Shown: positions 38,192 through 50,300 of the stretch, piece by piece
How the letters are laid out: each line of letters opens with the position of its first letter
Position numbering within the stretch: position 1 is the stretch's first letter
Source of the DNA: Eutreptiella sp. 'Long Island Sound 2002'
Taxonomy: Eukaryota > Protista > Euglenida
NCBI GenBank assembly: GCA_964036045.1
Contig: OZ038378.1
Location: 11,098,001-11,162,000, forward strand
Reading direction: 5' to 3'
Length of the DNA stretch: 64,000 bases
Made by a program: the position numbers and the translations under genes
The notes under the pieces: generated by a model
Database searches by the model: none
Told to the model about the DNA's origin: nothing
Seen by the model: only the letters and a program-made list of their open reading frames with translations

Positions 38192-39419
38192 GCATGTGCC
38201 TCCGTGCGTGCAGCAGTAGACCTTTAGGGTGTGCGACCCAATTCACATGTTGCGCCCCCTTGTCGGTAGCCGGAATGTGCTGCGATCGCTCCTGCAGGAC
38301 CGCGGGTGCTCTCTCAAGTGAACGGACTCCGAGGTCCTCAATTACTCAGGGAGACGGGGAAATGCTGCTGAACAAAGGGCTACGGATGCCACCCCTTTTG
38401 AACACCAGCCTCCCCTTTGCACAGGCACGCGCTTTTCGACAGTCGGACACCCCGTCTCACTACAGTGGTTTTGCACCATGAATTTTGCAGACCTTCGGAC
38501 CCGCCGCAGAGTACTGTGCATTGAAGCCCATCTCACTTCTGCCTCCCCGTTGTTTTGGATGTGCATGTCGCTGTGTATTTACAGGGTCATGGCCAGGGGA
38601 CGTGTGCCCGTGATGTGCCACGGCGTGTCTCGTGCGTGCGTGCGTGTGTGTGTGCCACGCGCGGGCTGCCGTGCGTGTCGCCAGGGCAGCTGGTGCAGCG
38701 GGGGTGCCCCGTTGAGGCCTGTGGGCCCGAATGCGGTGGAGCTTGAGCGGACGGCGGCATGGGGACAGGCAAAGACTTCGAAGGTGCCTCAGGGGGTTGG
38801 CGGGGGCGCAGTGGGACAAGCAACCTCCGCCCACCCCTCTGTCAAAAGGCGGGCGAAGGACATGATGAGCGCGGATCGAGGGTGTGCCCTGTAGATAGCC
38901 ATCATCGGACGATGGTCGTCACCCCGCCCTAGGCCCATACCCTCCACAATCCGCAATCTGGTGAGTTGCATGCGTCCGGGCTGAGTCCAGCAGGCGCAGG
39001 CGCCCCCACGGCTCTTGCACGTGTTCCAAGGCGGCCAAGCCGCCCCCGTCAATTCATGGAATGCCCCGCAGGGCGGCGCTCTCGGCTGCACCCGTATCGC
39101 AAGCACCCTTCGGTGTGGGACCAGACTCCTTCATCCTCCCGATTCATTTCCCCCCGCCGCGCTGTAGGCCGTGGCACGCAATGACACCAGGCGGGCTGCG
39201 GGCAGTGTCGCACGGCGCCAGCTATGATAGCCACGTACGCTTGCTGACAGCCCCGAGGCCTGCCGTGCTACTGCTGTCCGCCTTCGCTCTGCTTCGCGGC
39301 TACACTGCACACTGGGCTTCGCCTTGTCTGATTGCATGGCTGTGATCGGCAGAGTAGGGCGTTTGGGCCTGTGGCACGACTTGGGGCAGCGGCGGCGGGT
39401 GTTCCCTCCATTCCTGCAG

Positions 39420-39538
39420 GGTTCTTGGAGAGCCTAGAGAACATGAGAGACCAGCGAAGAAGGAGAGCCGGAGACAAACCGTCAAAGCCCGTCCTGCGGA
39501 AGAAGACGGCGGGTGCAGCGCCCATCTCGTATGAGCAG
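39420..39538 (+). CDS. XRN-like gene, exon 3 (GFLESLENMRDQRRRRAGDKPSKPVLRKKTAGAAPISYEQ)
   Basis: CCTGCAG acceptor and CAG|GTGCGC donor. Phase 1 to 0 exactly bridges exons 2 and 4. Confidence 0.7.
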
Positions 39539-40323
39539 GTGCGCTCTGACCGCCACATCTCTGGCCCATTGCGGGGGTAGGTCGAGTGCAGCGGCCACCC
39601 GAGCCCTTGTTCATTGTCCCGGCCGCATCTTTAAAAGTGCTGCCTCAACCCATTTTGGGGGGTCCGTCAAGACGCAGGGGACTGCCCCGCCCGCTGCGCA
39701 CCGTGTATCCCACAACCCTCTGCATTTTGCAGCCACGGCCACCCCTGATGTCAAGGGCGACACGGTGACTGGGTGTCCACAGGCAACAGCTGTTCTGAGG
39801 ACCGCTGGGACACACAAGGGCCCCTCTGGAGAGTCCTGCAGACCTCCCAATCCCCCCACGAGACCCCGGAGACCAGTCCGTGGTCACTTCTGCAGTGAAT
39901 TGTGAGCACGTCCCAGTGTGCTGCTCCTGGTTCCCACGCACCATCGACGGGGGATTGCGATGGATAATGGGCCCCGATTGGCGAGACTGGCCAGCACGTC
40001 GGTGGCAAGGGGACGAAAAAGACACAAAACGACAGAGACACAAAAGGCGAGCCGCTAACAGGCTCTTGGCACCTGCGAAGACAACCTATCCTCTCACGAC
40101 TCTGGGAGTGTCCCCAGCGGTGGTTCGACACCTGTAAAGATTTTGCATCGAGAGCCATTGTTGTGTAGGGAGCACAAGGACCACAGGCAGCCAGAGGCCG
40201 GAGGAGGCGAAGCAAGCGGCACGCTTGTGCGACTGTACACGTGGGGTTGCGCGCGCGTTGTGTCTCTCTCTCACATGCGCCCAGCACTTTTGTATGCTAC
40301 GTTTTTCCGTGTGTCCGATGCAG

Positions 40324-40449
40324 GAGACACTGGAGACCGGATTCAATAAATACGTCGTTGCTCTTCTAGACCTTCTGCAGTGGACGGTCGAGAGGCTGTG
40401 CCCAACGAAGCAATTGTGTCTATTCTTCGACGGATGCTCTGTGGCGAAG
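40324..40449 (+). CDS. XRN-like gene, exon 4 (ETLETGFNKYVVALLDLLQWTVERLCPTKQLCLFFDGCSVAK)
   Basis: Matches XRN 'IDRL...RPRKLL.MAIDGVAPRAK'. AG/GT boundaries, 42 codons, phase 0 to 0. Confidence 0.85.
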
Positions 40450-41382
40450 GTTGCTGCTTTTGCACTTTATGTGCTTTGTCCGTTACAAAGGTGATGCACC
40501 CCTTTTACGGGTTAGCAGCGTGCAGCAGCAGCTTGCCATTGCTTTGCATTCCGATGCCGGTCATCATCGGTTTGTGATTGCCTGTCTCCTTCGACCAACC
40601 GCCATCACCCCCCATCACCGACCACTCCATTACCTTACAACACGGTCTATCACCTGGACACGTTTCAGACGTTGACGTGCGATGCAGGAGTTTTTCGACC
40701 TTCCAGAGGTCACCAATCGCTGAGCTTGGCTGCTATCGTTTGGTGGTGCTCAGTGCATCGGGGGTGGGTGAGTTGGCGTGACTCCTGAAGGCATGAGTGT
40801 GGTGTGTATACCAAAGTCTCCTCCTCTCTCAAGGGCGGGGTCTGGTTTCTACTGGTGGGTGCCATATGTAAGGGCTTTCGTCTTGTGGTTGTGTCCGACC
40901 GAGCAACCATGTGAAAGCAGGGCAATTTGTGAAGAGACCAAGACAGGCCTGGCCGGGCTGGCGTGCCCAGCAACGCGTTTCCAAAAGTCAGTCAGACCAG
41001 GCCACGCGGGTGTAAGTCGTGGACTCTTGACTCAATCATTTTCTGTCCAGGCGAATTTGACCCGCCCTGAGGGATCGCGCACGCCCCCTTCACACTCCAA
41101 TCTTCGCCAGCTCCGTGCCCTGAACCGCCCACAACAGATGCGTACGCACTGCAAACCGGGGCTTACAACGAAAAACACAAGCGTGGGCCGCCCGCCACCC
41201 CGCACGGCCCCATGCAAGGCACCCCGACACGGTGCACTGGGTACCATTGCTCCAAAAGCGCACGCAGGTTGTCTGTGTCCCACTCTGGGCGGTGCTCTGC
41301 TCCTGGGCGAGCACCGGGGGCCCGCCCCCTCCATCCGTGGGTACCTGTGCTCGTTGACTGTGCGCTTGTCATCTGTGGGCAG

Positions 41383-41492
41383 AGTGCAGAGAAACGGCGG
41401 CGCCGGGCAAAACGTGCCGGTCTGGAACGGGTCTGGCGCGCAGCCATGACCCCCGGCACTACGATCCTGGAAGACGTCACCCTCCGTGTCTG
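41383..41492 (+). CDS. XRN-like gene, exon 5 (SAEKRRRRAKRAGLERVWRAAMTPGTTILEDVTLRV)
   Basis: RR and TPGT motifs of XRN. CAG acceptor, TG|GTATGT donor, phase 0 to 2. Confidence 0.85.
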
Positions 41493-42391
41493 GTATGTGC
41501 CCCGCTGCTGTCAACGGCTGCTGAGGTATGGGGGGCGAATGATGTGCGGCAGTCGACCTGCACCATCGCCTTTGGGATGACTTGGCCCAGAGGGCACGTT
41601 CCTATGCAATGCCGCTGGGAAGGGGAACATGTAGCCGACCCCTTCCACTCCAATATGCCCCCGACCTCAGCGACGCATTAGAATGACAAAATTGTAAGGA
41701 GGACCCCCTCCCCCCCCACCTCCTCCCCTTCCACCTGAAAAAAAATTTCTTCGGCGCCAATGTACTGTGTGTTTTTCAGGGTATATGCTTGGGGTGTCAG
41801 TCAGCGGTTCACATTCAATGGTATGTCACTATGAAAATGGGATGCCATGAACTGATACTGATACCTTCGGCGCCGAATATGTTTGGGAGTCCTGTTGGCA
41901 AGGAGGATGGTCAACCCCCCCGCCCCCTTAGACCACCCCCCTCCGGGTCCAACCCCCCCCGCCCCTCCTCCGCTCCAAAGCCTGCCTGCCCGACCCCAGT
42001 GGCACGCATCCAACGAACATCCTTCAGCCCAAACGGATGACACAGTTGCCGGCACACCACTTGCTCTCACCCAACGCAACGACCGACCCGAGCCCAGGAC
42101 AGCGTCCATCGCCCCCATCACATTAGGCGTTGGGCAAACCACTGCGGACAAACCACGCTGCCGTCCGCCCTTATACGCGGTGACCCGTGCCATTTGGAAT
42201 GGGGATTGCTATGGTTTGGTTGTCGTGGGAATGGGTGAAATTCACCCCGCATAGGGGCGGGCAGCGGAACTGGCCTCGCCCGCCTGTCAGCTTGTGCTGC
42301 GTGCAACCCTGCCGGCCTGCAGCAGTCAACCTTCACCTTCAGGAAGCAGGGTTCGGGCGTGCAGCACTCCCAGATTCTATTTTGTTTCAAG

Positions 42392-42564
42392 GACGTGGGC
42401 CACACAATTCGCAAGTCAGCGAGGCATCAGCTGTGTCCTGAGCGACCATTTGGATGTGGGGGAGGGCGAAACCAAGATTTTGAATCACGTGATACGGACT
42501 GGTCGCACTCTTGTTGATGCGCGGTTTGCAATTGTTGGGCAGGACTCCGACATGCTGTTGGCAG
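42392..42564 (+). CDS. XRN-like gene, exon 6 (TWATQFASQRGISCVLSDHLDVGEGETKILNHVIRTG...IVGQDSDMLLA)
   Basis: Catalytic GEGE.KI and G.D.D motifs of XRN. AAG acceptor, CAG|GTGTGC donor, phase 2 to 1. Confidence 0.88.
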
Positions 42565-42599
42565 GTGTGCTGTTCCTGCCCATGTCCTCGTTGGCCCGG

Positions 42600-44230
42600 A
42601 CACCCACCCCATTGGTCTGGTCATCATGGATGCCGCAGAACACACCCCTTGCGCCAAACAGCACCTTGTCCGAACATGAGTGGATCGCTGGGTGTTGTTG
42701 CCATGATTTTTGGCACCAGTTGATTGTGGTGGAGTAGAAACGGCGGTATTTGCCGTGAGCGTTGGCGCATAGTGCGCTAGTCGAGAATGGGATGTGTGGT
42801 GCACGTTTGGGCTCATGTCCTGCACATTGGCAGCTCTTTGCTGTGCACATTGGCACGTTTCGGCCCGTTCGGGCACAATGAGGCCCTTGTGTGGGGCTGC
42901 GTTGACGGTCAGCAGGCTGTTCCCTCGTGTGGGCGGGGGGGCTCCCCCACTACCCCACGTGACAGGTCTGTTGGTGCGACCAAAAAGGGACACCGGGCAC
43001 CATGCAAATTCCTTTGACAGCACGGCGCCTTTGCTCTTGTTTGGCCATTTGTTCTGCTCCACACGCGGGCACGTGCTTGCGCTGTGTCATTGGCAGTCTT
43101 CTCATCGGAGGGTCGGTTTTGCTTCAAGCTTCACCCTTTTTTCCAGGTCTGGGCTCTCTGGCCAAGAACGTGTTTCTCGTGCACGTCACTATTGTGGAAG
43201 TCCCCAACGGGCCCCGGGTTGCGAGGAGGCGGCAAATCAAGACGTTCTCTATTTGGAATGCTTGTTTGGCCCTGGCATTCTCCGTCTTGCCCGAGTGTAA
43301 CGGCCACCGCGCCGCTCTGACCAAAGAACCGCCAGGTGAAGGCCGCAATGTGACTTCTGATGGGGTTACGCTGAGGAGGCACGTGGTTATCTCTATCGAC
43401 TGGTCACCTGTACCCCTGCCACATATGTCGGCACCTGCTCTCCCGGGCTCTTGACGAGGAGATAGGTCTTTTTGTAGTTCAGATGCAGGCTTGAATACAC
43501 CCCGAATTTCGCCAGCACTGCCATGACTTTCCTCATCACCATTTCTCGCCTCCGCCCTGTTCCTCTAAATGAGATCAAATGAGATCAACAGATCATCAGC
43601 GTACGACAATATCTCCACGTCAGGGCACTCTTGTCGCATGGCATATACCAAAAACGTGGTCAGCATGGAAAAAACCGCCGGCAAGGGGAAAAATCCCCTT
43701 GGTGTATGCCTGATCCTGGGACCATGCTGATACACTGTACGTACCCGGCATCAATACAAAAGAACACTGCACCCCCTGCACCCCGCAACGCTGACACCAA
43801 CAGCTGGACGTATGCCTCCGGCACCGCAAAGAATCGCAGCGCTACTGCGAAGAAGGCGTGTAGTATTGAATTGTACACCTTCGAAAAGTCCACCGGCAAC
43901 ATATTAACAGCATCCGAAGAGTCCCAAAGCAACCTCGCTCGCTCAATATGATCGAGCATTCTCCGCCCTTTCATGAACCCTTTCTGCGCCGCCGGCACCA
44001 CTATCTGTAGTGCATCTTGCACTTGCAGCAGCACACACGTTGCCAACCACTTGAATGTCACGTTCTGCAATGCGATCGGTCGCATGTCCGCCAACATATC
44101 CGCCATGGGCGTTTTTGGAATATTTGTTTGCAACGATACAACCCATTCTGGCGGATGGGGCCCACAGCTCAAGCAGTGTTGAACCGCCCACAACATAGTT
44201 GAACGCATTCCTCCGACAAAGCCGAGTACA
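42600..44230 (-). mobile_element. 5'-truncated, degenerate LINE (non-LTR) retrotransposon, RT domain, antisense in an XRN-like intron
   Basis: RPIALQNVTFKW, QKGFMKGR, VDFSKVYNSI and SGIHQGD motifs. YADD at 43603-43592, next to a 10-bp duplication (AAATGAGATC) that shifts the frame. LHLNYKKT and VRYLG follow. The RT core is 43390-44230; the 3' extent is approximate. Confidence 0.88.
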
Positions 44231-44404
44231 CTTCTGCCAGAGTCATGGGTATAGTCATGGGCAGAGTCATAGGCAGCGTCATTGGTAATTGTCATGGGCA
44301 GAGGCATGTGTAAGGTACCGAGTTTGAGGCTGTTTGAAGGGAATGGGGCGGAAGCTGCCTTGCAGAGGTCAGGCTGTCAATACACGGCGCCTCTAGTGCG
44401 CTGC

Positions 44405-44595
44405 GGTACTCTTGCGGCTGCCTGCAGTGTCATGTGGGCTCCTCATGGGGGCAACCCAGGAGCCACGGGGGTACTCGTGGGGCGCCTCAAGAGCTGCGTG
44501 GGGACTCTTTGGACCGCCTTGAGAACGATGGGGGTACTCAGTGGGGAATCTCAAGAGCTTTGGGCATACTCACGGGTGCTTCTCAACGGCCCTGG
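44405..44595. repeat. Degenerate ~30-bp minisatellite (GGGG.ACTC.TGGGG...CTCAAGAGC-like)
   Basis: Recurring GGGG(T)ACTC and CTCAAGAGC motifs. Confidence 0.5.
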
Positions 44596-45208
44596 ATGAT
44601 GTGGTGGCTGGACAATCACGGCACATGCATTTTGCCATGATTGGCAGAAAAATATGTGGCTGTTGTTGAGGTTTGGGTGTTGTTGGGGTGCTGTGTTGGT
44701 TGCGGCTTTGGACTGAACGCCAGTATGCTCGTGCAGGTGATGTGTTGGCTGCAGTTTTTGCGGCGTGCTTCTGCGTCACAACACCACCCATTATGGGCCA
44801 GTCACTGCACAGATACCCCCCCCCCCCCCCAAGAGGGGATCACGGGTGGGTGGGTGCATAGGTATGTGCGTGGTTGTGTCAGCTGCAGTCAAGCAAATCC
44901 CCAAACGACATCAGCTCCCCCCCCGCCCCCCCCCGACGGGGCCGCTAAGCAATGGTAATTGTACCAATGGTAATGGTAAGCAATGGTAATGGTAATGACA
45001 AGTCTACACCTGGACTGTGTATGTCTGCATGTGCGTTGTGTGTTTTGTTGTGTGTGCGTGTTGTGTGTGTGTTGGTGGGTGTGGGTGTTTGTCTTATATG
45101 TGTGCGGGTGTGCGCGAGGGTGCTTCAGGGGAGATGTCACTCCTCCACGCCATCTCCCTCTGAGGCATCGCTTCTGGTTTTATCTCACGTGCCTCTGCCT
45201 GTGCACAG

Positions 45209-45279
45209 ATGATATACTACTGAAGCCTTGGGACCTGGTGCACAAGGCTCCGGCCATGCCAGTGCTTGAGGAGAGCCAG
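45209..45279 (+). CDS. Putative further XRN-like exon (DDILLKPWDLVHKAPAMPVLEESQ)
   Basis: Pyrimidine tract plus CAG acceptor, CAG|GTACGT donor. Phase 1 start fits exon 6. No conserved motif. Confidence 0.5.
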
Positions 45280-46448
45280 GTACGTCGCCTCGTTTTGCAC
45301 CGTCAGCCCCCCTACGCCAGCACATCTCCTGTCCTTTTTTTGCACCCGCACTGCCTGGGGCTGCGGCTAAGGGGTCCCATCAACGCTTGTTGATCACCGT
45401 GATGCAGCGGTACCCAGTGCCATGTCTCTTGTATGGCCCACCTGCTCTGCACGTGCCGACAGACGGGTGTGGAGAGCGTGGCGCGCAGTGGCGATACGCT
45501 GGTGGTGGTTGGGGGAAATGAGAGAAACATGCAAAGCCCCCGCATTTTCGCACGCTGTTCATCATCAGCCGATGGCATCCCCCCCCCCCCCTCCCCCGCC
45601 CCACAAGCGTTGTTGGAGCACCGCTGTGTTGGTAAAGACCGCCACTCCGTGTGCTGGAGGCAGTGCGTGGGCAATGGGGTGTGCTGGTGTTCATGGGTCC
45701 CACATACCTCCAGCCCTCACCCCCCCACATGTCCCACGGTTGCATCCTGCTGGCAGCTTCCGCCCGTTTTACCTGTGCTTTGCCATTGCCTGAAAGACAG
45801 GAGAAGGGGCGCAGTGAACACCCCGGCACCACATTGTCTTCAGACGACACAGAGTGCGTGACCATGGCCCCCCTTGTCAGAAAGGTTGGATGTGTGCCAG
45901 ATGCCGCATCTGACGCTGTGCATCACCTGGATGAGGTTTGCACAGCCAAAGACTGTGCAGCGGACTCTGGGCAAAGGGCTGCACGGTGTGCGCCCGGTGC
46001 GTACCGTTACGCAGGGGCCCCACCTCTCTGGCTCCCGGCAGCATATTCGTCCCGACGTGCCAGTGCACATTTCCGGTTCGCAGTATCGAATCAGCATTGG
46101 GCAATTTTGGACCCGACAGCAAATTTGTGCCGTTTTTGGTCGCCCCCGCACTGTGGGTGCGGCGGCTCCACAGCCCTGTGTTGATTGTGTGCAGTACTCT
46201 CCATGACCACCTCCCGTGTACAGAGGGGTGCATCGAGTTTTGGTGGGCGAGCGTTGAGGACCACAGCCAGCGCCAGCCGTTTGGGGGTTGCAGGTGGGTC
46301 ATAATGGGATGCATGAGGCTCTTACACAGCCCAGCACACCGTTCTCCTATGGCAGAAACCACTTTGTTGTCCCTCACCGCAGTTGAATGCCGTTCGTCTG
46401 GATCTCATATTCGTCGTTTGTCTCTGCGGAAGTGATTGTATTCCACAG

Positions 46449-46514
46449 GTCTGCATGGTGCTGTGCACTGGTGACCCGTCACCGCTCCCCTCCGGCAGCA
46501 GTGAGGCGCTTAAG
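46449..46514 (+). CDS. Putative further XRN-like exon (VCMVLCTGDPSPLPSGSSEALK)
   Basis: TTCCACAG acceptor, AAG|GTGAGG donor, phase 0 to 0. Confidence 0.45.
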
Positions 46515-47222
46515 GTGAGGAAGGGCCTACTTGTGGCGATGTCAGAATGGCTGTTTACCAAAGGAGGAGGGCGGCCCGCTCCCCAGGGACTGCCTCCCCC
46601 CCCCCCCCCCCCTCGCTCCTCTTCCTGTACGAGGGGTGAACGGGTTGGGGAATTTTCCAAAACGCAACGCTGGAGATGCGACTCTTTTGCTTCAGTTGTT
46701 GCGGTTGCCTTTGGAGTCCCTGTGTGTGTGTGTGTCTGGGTCTTGTTCCGCAGGCCACACCATGGAACAGGGTTGTAATAGTGACTGTCGTATTTGTGCT
46801 TTCACATGGAGACTGGGACCCATAGTTCAAAGAAGGTGAAATGGGACCACAAAACATTACAGGCGCACCATACATACTTCGATGCACCAGCAACACCCAG
46901 GTCTGAGCACATCCGTCAAAAGAGGGTTTTTGCGACGCGTGGTCATACGACGCCTGCTACGACGCGTCGCAGCCCCCCCCCCCCCCCTGCGAGAAAACCG
47001 CCCCTGTCGGAACAACACGAGATGTTGTTTCCGCAAGTTTCGGAGTCATGGAACTTGGTGGTTCTTTTTTATGGATGTCTGTAAGATCAAGTTTGTCCTG
47101 TGATGCGGGGCTGGGGATGGTCCTGCCACGATTTGCCCCTCCCTTCAGGACGTGAGTTTGATGCATGGGCATGGCTGTCTGGGCCTCAATGATTCATTGC
47201 TTTGCTGTTTGTGTCCTCTCAG

Positions 47223-47390
47223 GGTGTGCACAGACATCGCCCTTGTCAAAACAACAGGAGGTGTTGTTGCCGTCATTTTCAGTGCTTATAGCCTTGTTCT
47301 CGCAGGGGCGGGGGAGGGGGTAGATGATTACGCATCCTCACTGGGAATCCTCAAGACTCCTCGGGGGGGCTGCTTCAAGCAGTTCAGCAA
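47223..47390 (+). CDS. Putative XRN-like exons 47223-47260 and 47324-~47390 (VCTDIALVKTTG|DDYASSLG...)
   Basis: Splicing a 63-bp GT-AG intron gives DIALVKTTGDDY, resembling the XRN 'DF.LL....GNDY/F' motif. The upstream phase is not matched, so an exon may be missing. Confidence 0.4.
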
Positions 47391-50300
47391 GGCATCAACT
47401 GGCCGTCAAAGCGCCTTCCAAACCACAACACTTCACTGACTCGCCACAGGAGTCGTTACAAGGCTAAGAAAGGTGCAGAGGGGAAAAGAAAGGGGGTGGG
47501 GGCAAAAGTTTTCTATTTGTCACCCTATGTATCCCAACTGATGATCCCAACAAGCGCCATTTTTTTCCTGAGCACAATAACATCGCTATCCCGCCGCAAA
47601 GCAAATCGGTCCTGAGCTGCCGACTATGTACAAACAGGTTGTCAGCGTTCGAGAGTGCAAACAACAGGATTTTTCAAATCTGTCAAGAAACCAAACTTGA
47701 AGAGGCACCACGACAGATGCAAGGTGCAGAAACTGGCCGACATGCACTGAGGCCAGACAAACAAGAGCAGAGGGTTCATTTTCTCCTTCGCCCCTCTTGT
47801 GTCCCTCTTTCTTAGGTCTCCAACTGCCGCCCCAGCGCTGCCTGCTGTCTCTTTTGCTCGCAATTCTTTATGACTGCATTCATTTCACAACAAAACATTT
47901 GGTGTTGCAGTTTGTTGATTTCTTCTTGCTGTTGTGACCGTTGCACCCTGAGCTTTTGATTCATCTGGCCCTCTGACGGCTGTTTCTGCCACTTCAACCT
48001 ATTGGGGAAGGGGCGAATCCGTTTGGGGAGGGTTAGATTAGAAAACCGACGCCATGTAAGTTTCTGCTTCTGGCTGGGGTACTGTGGCATCTGACGAGAA
48101 AGGTGTGATGAATTGGCAGTGAGAAACATGGGTAAAACAACCTGGAAACATTTTGGATCTCGTCAGGTGTGTGAAATGTTAGATGTCTTGCACCCAGAAT
48201 AGATACATATGCGGACTCTATGAATTTCGCACGCGTAATACCGTTGCAGTTCATGTCGGCTTGTCTCCGGAGCATCATACTTTCAGTCACCATTAGTTAT
48301 GTCAATCATAGATACAAGAATACGATACTAAAATTTCCGAGGGCGCAAGAGCAGATGCCGAAAAACTTGCGCAGTTAAGGCTTCCCAAGCAAGCTCAAAA
48401 CGTTACTTTACAGACTCAAGGCCAGAAAAGGGTTTGTCAATATGGATCCCACCTTACAAAAGAGGTCTAGTGCTACAGTTGTTATTCTAGCTCATGAAAG
48501 CCTCGTCCAAAGATGTTGTCGGCCATGTAGGGTCACGAGGATACTCAATGATGGAGGTCATACCGGCCAAAGATCCACACATGTACCATACAGGTCCATA
48601 GATACATCTCGTTACCCTTTTGTGTGGTTTCGGAGAGACAAACCATTAAATTGTGTGTGCAACCATTCGGTGACCATGTTTGGGGATTCAACTCAACTGG
48701 TCCACCTCCAAAGAGTTCTGCACTGAACCCTCAAGCTCTTAACTGTTTGCACCGTTCTGATGAAATGTGTTCCTGGCCATACATTTGTGTTTCACGATTC
48801 TGTTGTCTTGCTGAATATTGCACTGGTTGTGCACGGCGCCAAAATCGCACTATGCAACAAAATGCACCAAAAGGAACCCTTACTATATGGATTGGCTTTT
48901 TTATTTTGCCACAAGATTCCTGGGCACCCACTTTTCGATTCCCCTCCACCATCCCCATCCAGTACTGAGCACAACCGTCATTGGAATCCTCTCTCGTATT
49001 TTCATACTGTCAAACAGTGGCCCTGAGTCTAGCATGTTGCAGGGTTACACAAACAAAGAACACCAGTGGTTGCTAGTATTATTGCGTTGGCTGATTTGTG
49101 GAGTAGTTATGGTGCCCCTGGGTGCCCCCTAGTTTGTGCCCATGCCCTTGTATGCAGGTGCAGCCCGGTGTAAATATACGAGTTGCATACCCGTCTCTGA
49201 GGCATTGGTACAAGCAAGTCCAGCAAAATGCGAACCGCTCTCTGTTGCGACTGCATCAAGGTATTTGTGCTACAAAGGGCCAGCCGTCGTTGATAAGAAT
49301 CAAGTTGCAAAAGGGGGGCGTCTGGGTGGGTAGGTGGTGAGCTGGGTGGTTGGGTCTTCGGCTCTAGACCACCACCCCTCTTATAATTCCAAGGGTCTCC
49401 CGGGTTGGTTCGCGTGCCACACCTCATTCGCTTGTGTGCAGATGAGTTGTCAGTTTGTGTCTGGTTGTTTCGTTGATGTTTGTATGTAGACAGGCACCAT
49501 GCAGAAACCTCTTTGTGGCTCTGGGTAAGTTGTTGAAGCACTTGAAGGCTGACAAGCACAAGAAGTCCGAAAAATATGCGCACTCTTTATTTTTCCATGG
49601 TCAGTCGTCCTAGCACAAGCAGTGGGCAGCCACCACAACAATCAGCAACAAACAGCAGCATCAGTTCCAGTAGCAGCAGTAGCACCCTAGTACAGATGTC
49701 AGGCAGCCGCAACAACAAGCCAGAGGGAGCAGCCAGCCAGCCACTCTCAGCAACAGCAACAAGGGCACAACGAGCATGTGTCTTGCATATTGACAGGGTC
49801 CATGCCAATATGCAGGTTACGTGTTGGGGCTGGGATGCCTGACTGGGGAGAGCGCCTGAGATGTTGACCAAAGAAATCTGCCCCACGAAATAATAAGGGG
49901 GGTTGGGGTCTGGGTGGGACTAATAGGAGGTGGGTCGGTCTGATCTTGGGTGGCTAGGTCTTAACCACCATCTTGTAAATGAGGGCTGCCAAGGGCCTTC
50001 AGGTACCGTATTTTGTACTGCACTCGTACCTTCCTGTGCCGAAGATTTGTTGGGGGTTCCTGAGGATTGTTGGCTGTAGAGGGCTGTAGAGGGCTGTACA
50101 CTATTTCTTAGTGTGGTCAGGTGTGGCTGAGGGTTAAAACATCAGCCCTGTGTCCGAGGACAAGAACTTACTTTATTTCTCACAATCGTCGTTCTTATTC
50201 AATCGATATTCCATTTTGTATTGTTTTCCCCGCCCTGTGGGCATGGCACCGGTTTTTCTAGCCACAGATTAAGCAAAAAACGTTGAGGCCTGTAGTCGGT

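Noticed and set aside
41693-41980. Possible MITE with CTTCGGCGCC motifs (similar patches at ~11265-11390 and ~28480-28700)
   Set aside because: TIRs and TSDs could not be defined convincingly.
47464-47664. DNLF...QL..DLL..G...NRKLLP resembling a piggyBac transposase
   Set aside because: Only a loose partial motif. Neighbouring frames lack piggyBac motifs, and no TTAA/TIR was found.
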